Source: Candidatus Fraserbacteria bacterium
GTDB lineage: Bacteria; Bipolaricaulota; Bipolaricaulia; RBG-16-55-9; DRXL01
Length of the DNA stretch: 64,000 nucleotides
Reading direction: 5' to 3'
Assembly (NCBI GenBank): GCA_947085185.1
Contig: CAMTVK010000021.1
Coordinates: forward strand, 32,001-96,000
Below are positions 57,676 through 64,000 of the stretch, in pieces (within the stretch, counting starts at the first letter, position 1; the number at the start of each line of letters is the position of its first letter). A model generated the notes under the pieces. That model saw nothing but the letters and a program-made list of their open reading frames with translations. It did not search any database and had not been told where the DNA came from. Both the position numbers and the translations under genes were made by a program.

Positions 57676-59373
57676 ATGAGCCAAGCCCCCAAAGACTTCA
57701 TCCGCGAGATCATCGAAAACGATAGAAAAATGGGCAAGTACGGGGGAAGAGTCCACACGCGCTTTCCCCCTGAACCCAATGGATACCTGCACATCGGCCA
57801 CGCCAAAAGCGTCTTGCTCAATTACTGGATCGCCCAAGAATTCGGAGGCAAGTTCAACCTGCGCTTCGACGACACCAACCCCGAAAAAGAAGAGCAAGAG
57901 TACGTGGACGCCATCAAACGCGACCTGCGCTGGCTTGGCATCGACTGGGAAGATCGCGAATTCTACGCCTCGGATTATTTCGAGCAGCTCTATCAGTGGG
58001 CCGAAGAGCTCATCAAGAAGGGCAAAGCGTACGTGTGCGATCTCTCCCCACAAGAGATCAGCGAATACCGAGGCAAAGCGATCGTTCAAGACGGCAAGAT
58101 CATCACCCCGCCGGGCAAAGAGAGCCCCTATCGGAATCGCTCCGTCGAAGAGAATCTCGAGCTGTTTCGGCGAATGCGCGCCGGAGAATTCCCCGACGGT
58201 GCCAAAACGCTGCGCGCCAAGATCGACATGGCCCACCCGAACTTAAATATGCGCGACCCCGTCATGTATCGCATCATGCACGTCCCACACTATCGCACCG
58301 GCACGCAATGGTGCATCTATCCGACCTATGACTGGGCGCACGGACAGTCGGACTCCATCGAAGGGATCACGCACTCCATCTGCACGTTAGAATTCGAAGA
58401 TCATCGGCCCTTGTACGACTGGTTCTTGGAGCAGTTGGGGATTCATCATCCGCGACAGATCGAGTTCGCCCGGCTTAATCTCACGTATACCGTGATGAGC
58501 AAACGTCTGCTCTTGCAGCTCGTGCAGGAGGGCTACGTGCGCGGCTGGGATGATCCCAGAATGCCCACGCTCGCCGGGATGCGCCGGCGCGGCTACACCC
58601 CCGAAGCAATCCACGAATTTGTCCGACGCGTTGGGGTCTCCAAGCGCGAGAGCATCACCGAGATAGAGCTGCTGGAGCACTGCGTCCGACAAGACTTAAA
58701 TAAGCGCGCCCCGCGTCGCCTGGCCGTGCTCGACCCGCTCAAAGTCGTCATCACCAACTACCCCGACGGCCAAGTCGAATGGCTCGAGGCTCTCAATAAC
58801 CCCGAAGACCCTGGGGCCGGCACACGCAAGGTCCCGTTCTCTAAAGTCTTATATATCGAACGCGACGATTTTATGGAGAACCCACCGAAGGACTTCTATC
58901 GCTTGGCCCCCGGACGCGAAGTGCGCCTGCGCTATGCGTACTTCATCACGTGCGTGGACGTCCTCAAAGATTCCCAAGGGAACGTGATGGAGCTGCTCTG
59001 CACCTACGATCCGGCGACGCGCGGGGGAGACGCGCCCGACGGGCGCAAAGTGAAAGCGACGATTCACTGGGTCTCAGCGCAGCACGCCGTCGACGCTGAA
59101 GTTCGTCTGTATGACCGTCTCTTCACCAAGCCCGATCCGTTGGATGTGCCCCAGGGCCACGACTGGAAGGAGAATATCAACCCCAATTCGCTCATAGTGC
59201 TGCAAAACTGCAAGCTCGAGCCAAGCCTCACCGACGCCACAGTCGGAGATCGCTTCCAGTTTGAGCGCAAAGGGTACTTCTGCGTCGATCCGGATTCGAC
59301 GGAGAAAAGGCTCATCTTCAACCGCACGGTGACGCTCAAGGGGGAATGGGAGAAAGTCAAACAGTCCAGCTAG
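57676..59373 (+). CDS. glnS: Glutamine--tRNA ligase
   Basis: [33 protein letters not shown]. Confidence 0.97.
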   Translation: MSQAPKDFIREIIENDRKMGKYGGRVHTRFPPEPNGYLHIGHAKSVLLNYWIAQEFGGKFNLRFDDTNPEKEEQEYVDAIKRDLRWLGIDWEDREFYASDYFEQLYQWAEELIKKGKAYVCDLSPQEISEYRGKAIVQDGKIITPPGKESPYRNRSVEENLELFRRMRAGEFPDGAKTLRAKIDMAHPNLNMRDPVMYRIMHVPHYRTGTQWCIYPTYDWAHGQSDSIEGITHSICTLEFEDHRPLYDWFLEQLGIHHPRQIEFARLNLTYTVMSKRLLLQLVQEGYVRGWDDPRMPTLAGMRRRGYTPEAIHEFVRRVGVSKRESITEIELLEHCVRQDLNKRAPRRLAVLDPLKVVITNYPDGQVEWLEALNNPEDPGAGTRKVPFSKVLYIERDDFMENPPKDFYRLAPGREVRLRYAYFITCVDVLKDSQGNVMELLCTYDPATRGGDAPDGRKVKATIHWVSAQHAVDAEVRLYDRLFTKPDPLDVPQGHDWKENINPNSLIVLQNCKLEPSLTDATVGDRFQFERKGYFCVDPDSTEKRLIFNRTVTLKGEWEKVKQSS

Positions 59374-59406
59374 CCCCGCGCGCTTCTTTGGAGTACAATA
59401 CCCTCG

Positions 59407-60174
59407 ATGCGTGCGATCTCGATTGCCCCTGGACTGACACTGATAGACCTGGCGCTCTTCTTGCCCACCGAGGGAGTGCTGGCCATTGCCGACGTGCATT
59501 TGGGAATCGAAGACGCCCTTCGAGACGAGGGCATCCTCGTGCCCAGAGCCCATCTTGCTCAAGTGCAGCAGCGACTGGCGCGGATCTTCCAGGAGCTGCA
59601 CATCACGCCCTCGCATCCTCTGCGCAAGATTCTTATCAACGGCGACCTGCGCCATCAGTTTGGGCCATGGTCGCGCATCGAACACCGGGAGTCCCAAGAA
59701 TTCTTGCGTTGGCTGGAGCACTGGGCAGACCAGATCATTCTCGTTGAGGGCAACCATGATCGCTCGCTCCAGAGATGGGGCAGCGAGCGTGTGACCGTCG
59801 TCAAGAGTCATATCGAGAACGATTGTTGGTTCGTGCATGGGGATGGGGAAGTCTCCCCTCCCCGTGTCAGGGAGGGGCTGGGGGAGAGGTCTCCATGGAT
59901 CGTCATCGGCCATGAGCATCCCGCCGTCGGATTGAGAGACCCCATCACGCGGCGCGTCGAAGTCTACAAGTGCTTTCTTGTCGGAAGATTTGCGCAAAAA
60001 AATCTCGTGGTGTTGCCCTCGTTCAATCAGCTCGTTCGGGGAAGCGACGTGCTCACAGAACAGCCCCTCTCGCCGTTTGTGCAGCAGAGCGATCTCGAAG
60101 ATTTTTCGGTCTACGTCGTCTCTGACGCCGGGGATATCTATGAATTTGGCCCGCTGCGCCGATTGCTCTTATGA
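59407..60174 (+). CDS. Metallophosphoesterase (archaeal MJ0037-like)
   Basis: ADVHLG, NGDLRH, EGNHD, VHG, GHEHP, LPSFN. Confidence 0.88.
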   Translation: MRAISIAPGLTLIDLALFLPTEGVLAIADVHLGIEDALRDEGILVPRAHLAQVQQRLARIFQELHITPSHPLRKILINGDLRHQFGPWSRIEHRESQEFLRWLEHWADQIILVEGNHDRSLQRWGSERVTVVKSHIENDCWFVHGDGEVSPPRVREGLGERSPWIVIGHEHPAVGLRDPITRRVEVYKCFLVGRFAQKNLVVLPSFNQLVRGSDVLTEQPLSPFVQQSDLEDFSVYVVSDAGDIYEFGPLRRLLL

Positions 60175-61439
60175 CCTACGAAGCGATGTTCCAGAAGCTC
60201 TATAATCTTAAGGGGGCTGGGCTGGATCTGGAGCGCATCTTAAGCGCTCTTGGCGCCCCACACAAGAGCTTTCGCGCGGTGCGCGTGGCGGGCACGAACG
60301 GGAAGGGCTCCGTCTGCGCGTTTCTCGCTCAGATCCTCCAAGAGTCTGGGTTCCGAGTAGGGCTCTTCACATCGCCCCATCTGGTGCGCCCTGAGGAGCG
60401 CATTCGTATCAACAATCGCGAGATCTCACCCCAAGAGTTTCACGCGCAGTTCGAGCGCATCTGGGCAGCAATTGAAGCGTTCTATGGGAGCGCCAGTGAA
60501 CACTATGCGCGCTTCTTTGAAGTGCTTACGTTGATGGCCTTAGATTACTTTCGCAGCCAGAGCGTAGACTGGGCGGTGATCGAGTGTGGGGTGGGGGCGC
60601 GCAAAGACGCCACGCGCGTCGTCTCTTCTGCAATCTCGGTCTTGACCAACGTCGAGCTCGATCATCGCGATTCGCTGGGGGAGACGATCGCGCAGATCGC
60701 TTATCAGAAAGCTGCCGTGGTCTCTCAGGGGGGGATACTGATCACAGCCGAGACCAAGCCCGAAGCGCTGAGAGAGATCGAGCGCGAGTGCCATCTCAAG
60801 AATGCTCAAGTGATTCGGCTTGATCTTTCAGGGCTGCACCCCACATCTTACAGTTGGGATGGCCAACGCTTCGCGTGGCGGGAATGGGACGATCTAGAGA
60901 TCTCACTGTTGGGGAGCTATCAGCTTGGCAATGCCGTCTTGGCGTTGGAGGCCGCGCGCCTTTTGGGGATCTCAGAGAGCGCGATTCGGGCGGGGCTCCG
61001 CAAGACGCGCTGGCCCGGACGGATGGAGTTGCTCCAAAAAAATCCCTATGTTATGCTAGATGGCGCGAAGAACCCTGCTGGGGTTCGGGCCCTGGTGAGC
61101 GCGTTAGAATCGCTAGAGTATAAGAGACTGATCGTGATTTTAGGGATATCAGACCGGAAGGATGCCGAAGCGATGATCCGGGAGATCGCACCGCGGGCGT
61201 CGTCGGTGATCGTCACGCGCGCGGCCTATCGTGGGATTGATCCAGCGCAGCTGGCTCTGCTCATCCGCCCCTATGGGGTGCCCTATGCGTGTGCGGCTAC
61301 GTGCGACCAAGCGCTCCAGAGCGCGTTATCCCAAGCTCATGAGGACGATCTCATCTGCGTGACCGGCTCGCTCTTTGTTGTTGGCGAGATCCGAGCGCGT
61401 TGGAAAGGACTGACACATTCTGTCAAAAATCTCCATTGA
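60171..61439 (+). CDS. folC: Folylpolyglutamate synthase / dihydrofolate synthase
   Basis: VAGTNGKGS, FTSPHL, WPGRME, LDGAKN, TGSLF. Confidence 0.93.
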   Translation: MTYEAMFQKLYNLKGAGLDLERILSALGAPHKSFRAVRVAGTNGKGSVCAFLAQILQESGFRVGLFTSPHLVRPEERIRINNREISPQEFHAQFERIWAAIEAFYGSASEHYARFFEVLTLMALDYFRSQSVDWAVIECGVGARKDATRVVSSAISVLTNVELDHRDSLGETIAQIAYQKAAVVSQGGILITAETKPEALREIERECHLKNAQVIRLDLSGLHPTSYSWDGQRFAWREWDDLEISLLGSYQLGNAVLALEAARLLGISESAIRAGLRKTRWPGRMELLQKNPYVMLDGAKNPAGVRALVSALESLEYKRLIVILGISDRKDAEAMIREIAPRASSVIVTRAAYRGIDPAQLALLIRPYGVPYACAATCDQALQSALSQAHEDDLICVTGSLFVVGEIRARWKGLTHSVKNLH

Positions 61440-61782
61440 GAACTTGCAGCTTTTTGGGCATCACGGCGTGCGCGACGACGAGCGCGAGCGCGGCCAGCTC
61501 TTCTCTATTGACGCTGAGATTGAATTCGACTTCCCTCAACACGATGATCTCTCTGAAACAGTAGACTATACTCACGTGATCGAGCGCATCTGTGAGCTCA
61601 ACGAAACGCACACGTTTCGCTTGATCGAGACGTTCGCACACGCGATCGCTGAGAGAATTCTGAGAGATTTTCGGCAGATACGGAACGTCCGAATTCGGGT
61701 GAGGAAGCTCAATCCGGCGATAGCTTCTGGGATCACTCTCGACGCCGTAGCTGCCGAAGTGATACGAACGAGTTCCACCTGA
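61420..61782 (+). CDS. folB: Dihydroneopterin aldolase
   Basis: GHHGV..ERE.GQ.F, DDLSETVDY, LIET, RVRK; homology extends upstream to a CTG at 61420. Confidence 0.9.
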   Translation: MSKISIENLQLFGHHGVRDDERERGQLFSIDAEIEFDFPQHDDLSETVDYTHVIERICELNETHTFRLIETFAHAIAERILRDFRQIRNVRIRVRKLNPAIASGITLDAVAAEVIRTSST

Positions 61783-61793
61783 GCACCGTCTGT

Positions 61794-62300
61794 ATGAGAG
61801 TATTTATCGGCCTGGGGTCGAACCTGGGCAAGCGGGAGGATTTGATCGAGAGGGCTCTTCTGTTGCTGGCGCAGACGCCCGGGATTGTGCTGCGTCGGCA
61901 AGCTGGGCTCTATGAGACCGAGCCCGTGGGCGTGCCTGATCAACCCTGGTTTCTCAATACGGTCATCGAGATCGAGACCGGCTTGGCTCCCCGTGAGCTC
62001 TTGGCGGTGTGCAAGCAGATCGAGCGTTCGTTGGGCAGAGTCCCCCGAGAGCGAGGGGGCCCACGCGAGATCGATCTAGATATCTTGCTCTACGACGACC
62101 TCATCGTGGACGAAGAAGACCTTCAGATTCCCCATGCGCAGCTGCACCGGCGGCGCTTCGTGCTCGTGCCGCTATGTGAGATCGCCCCGAGGGCCGTTCA
62201 TCCGATCTTGCACCAGACGGTCGCTCAATTGCTCCAGAGCTTGGACGACCCCAAGGAGGTGAGGCCCCTACGATCACGGAGATCCTTATCGAAACAGTAG
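61794..62300 (+). CDS. folK: 2-amino-4-hydroxy-6-hydroxymethyldihydropteridine pyrophosphokinase
   Basis: IGLGSNLG, YETEP, GPREIDLDIL, RRFVLVPL. Confidence 0.96.
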   Translation: MRVFIGLGSNLGKREDLIERALLLLAQTPGIVLRRQAGLYETEPVGVPDQPWFLNTVIEIETGLAPRELLAVCKQIERSLGRVPRERGGPREIDLDILLYDDLIVDEEDLQIPHAQLHRRRFVLVPLCEIAPRAVHPILHQTVAQLLQSLDDPKEVRPLRSRRSLSKQ

Positions 62301-63484
62301 CCCCAACGACACGCATCGCGCTGCTGGAGGATGGGCGCCTCATGGAGATTCACTATGACGACCCCAAGCGCATCTTGGGCAATATTTATAAGGGCATCGT
62401 GCGGGATATCTTGCCGGGGATCAACGCGGCGTTCGTGGATGTGGGGCTCGATGAAAAGCTCTTTCTCTCGATGAAAGAGCTCAGTGACAATCTCTGGCGC
62501 GAGCATCGTCTGCGCAAAGGGCAGAGCCCGCAGATCCAAAAACTACTCCAGAGCGGCCAACAGATCATTTTGCAAGTGAGGCGTGAGGGGATCGGCACGA
62601 AAAACCCCCAAGGGACGATGAAGATCAGTCTTCCTGGGCGCTACTGGGTCTTCCTGCCCACGGACAAGCGCTTAGGGGTTTCGCGGCGCGTAACGGACGA
62701 CCATGAGAGCCGACGGCTCAAGCGCATCGCGAAGAAGCTCAAGCGTGAGGGCGAGGGACTGATCGCACGCACCGCAGCTCAAGGCGCTTCTGAAGAAGAC
62801 CTCGAGCGAGACTTTAACTATTTGCTAGGGACGTGGAAGGGGATTGAGGAGCAGGCGCAGCGTGCTCAAGCTCCAGCGCTGCTCTATCGCGGGCTCGATC
62901 TCGTGCGCGCGTTCTTGCGGGATCGCCTGCTTGACGACGTGCAGCGCGTCGTAGTGGATAGCGAGAAGACGTACCAAGAGATCAAAGATTTTTTGAACTA
63001 TATGCACATGGAGGAGTTTCTCGATCGCATCGAGCTCTATCGTGGGAAGCGGCCGCTCTTTGAAGCCCGTGGGGTGGAGGAACAGCTGCGGGAGAGCTTA
63101 CAGCCGCGGGTGCGCTTGCCGGGGGGCGGCTCGCTCGTGATCGCCGAGACAGAAGCGCTCACAGCGATTGACGTCAACACCGGCAGCGATATTAAGTATC
63201 CCAACCAACACCAGGCGATCCTCAACACCAACTTAGAAGCAGCGGTGGAGATCCCCCGACAATTGCGGTTGCGCAAGCTGAGCGGGATCATCATCGCCGA
63301 TTTTGTGGACATGAAGCGAAAAGATCACATTGAGAGAGTGATTAAAAAACTCCAAGAGGAGCTGAAGAAGGATCGCGTTCCTGCGGACTTTGTGGACATC
63401 ACGAAGCTGGGGCTGATCGAGATGACGCGCAAGCGCGAGGGGGAGAGTTTAGCAGGGATGCTCGAGGAGGAAGACGAGTCTTGA
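62270..63484 (+). CDS. rng: Ribonuclease E/G family
   Basis: GNIYKG, AAFVDVG, AIDVNTG, TNLEAA, QLRLR, ADFVDM; homology extends upstream of ATG 62342. Confidence 0.9.
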   Translation, partial: TITEILIETVAPTTRIALLEDGRLMEIHYDDPKRILGNIYKGIVRDILPGINAAFVDVGLDEKLFLSMKELSDNLWREHRLRKGQSPQIQKLLQSGQQIILQVRREGIGTKNPQGTMKISLPGRYWVFLPTDKRLGVSRRVTDDHESRRLKRIAKKLKREGEGLIARTAAQGASEEDLERDFNYLLGTWKGIEEQAQRAQAPALLYRGLDLVRAFLRDRLLDDVQRVVVDSEKTYQEIKDFLNYMHMEEFLDRIELYRGKRPLFEARGVEEQLRESLQPRVRLPGGGSLVIAETEALTAIDVNTGSDIKYPNQHQAILNTNLEAAVEIPRQLRLRKLSGIIIADFVDMKRKDHIERVIKKLQEELKKDRVPADFVDITKLGLIEMTRKREGESLAGMLEEEDES

Positions 63485-63545
63485 AAGTGCTGACAAAACA
63501 CGCTAAGATATCTGGCCTTGAACTGGAGACTCAGAACTGTCTCTT

Positions 63546-63620
63546 GGGCGCATAGCTCAGCGGGAGAGCGCCTGCTTCACACGCAGGAGGTCCGAGGTTC
63601 AAGTCCTCGTGCGCCCACCA
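63546..63620 (+). tRNA. tRNA-Val(CAC)
   Basis: GGGCGCA acceptor stem, anticodon arm CCTGC-TTCACAC-GCAGG, GGTTCAAGTCC T-arm, encoded CCA; TTGAAA-17-TAAGAT upstream. Confidence 0.95.
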
Positions 63621-64000
63621 TACTCATGCTCGCGGGCTGTCCCTTTGGGCAGAAAGAGCGTCACGATCAGGGCTAAGGCTGCCACAACGAGCCCAACGAC
63701 AAATACCCAGTGGAGCGCCGTCGCGAGGGTCTGTTGGAGCGCTTCTAAGACGGGAGGCGGAAGCTGCGCCCGCGCCGCAGGGCTCAGGAGCGCATCGGGA
63801 TGATGCAAGAGATCCATAAGCTTCTCCGGGAATGCGTTCGCTTGCACGCGCATCTGCGCGCTCAAGACCGCGCCCATCACTGCAACCCCAACGGCGCCGC
63901 CAATGGACCGAAAGAAGACTGTGCCCGAAGTCGCGATCCCCAACTGATCGCGCGGCACAGAAGTCTGAACAGCAATGAGCAACGTGACCATCGAGAACCC
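63599..64000 (-). CDS. C-terminal part of a DHA2/EmrB-like MFS transporter
   Basis: AVQTSVP..LGIATS..FFRSIGGAVGVA, final TM helix; gene begins beyond the window. Confidence 0.85.
   Translation of the reverse strand, partial: GFSMVTLLIAVQTSVPRDQLGIATSGTVFFRSIGGAVGVAVMGAVLSAQMRVQANAFPEKLMDLLHHPDALLSPAARAQLPPPVLEALQQTLATALHWVFVVGLVVAALALIVTLFLPKGTAREHEYGGRTRT

Overview
GC-rich bacterial chromosome segment. Gene content (many archaeal-like proteins, protoglobin, consensus sigma70 promoters) suggests a deep-branching thermophile such as Ca. Bipolaricaulota/Acetothermia; this is inference only. It is mostly housekeeping: hppA, cca, alr, TPP riboswitch-thiBPQ, lon, apbE, prkA-yeaH-spoVR, LCP-rsfS, liv ABC transporter, folE/folC/folB/folK, thiL, phoD, argF, ilvE, gltX, glnS, RNase E/G and tRNA-Val. 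A 23S-5S rRNA unit with its own promoter and no 16S carries three group I introns (E. coli positions 1931, 1951, 2262; the last encodes a LAGLIDADG endonuclease) and unusual helix expansions. Several toxin-antitoxin modules lie between housekeeping genes. The best candidate for an undescribed system is at 48.3-50.4 kb. An unannotated 47-aa precursor peptide (ending ...FVLMSGAGQKWT) has its own promoter, RBS and terminator. It is followed by a membrane-anchored HD-GYP protein and a DUF5317 membrane protein with signal-peptidase-II-like motifs, suggesting peptide signalling coupled to cyclic-dinucleotide turnover. Other highlights: a PRTase-DprA-(PUA-like+DUF559) operon, a HEPN-MNT cassette flanked by a 35-bp duplication of the gltX 3' end, an RHH/Zn-ribbon gene with a convergent hairpin sRNA, and a tiny eL41-like basic ORF.
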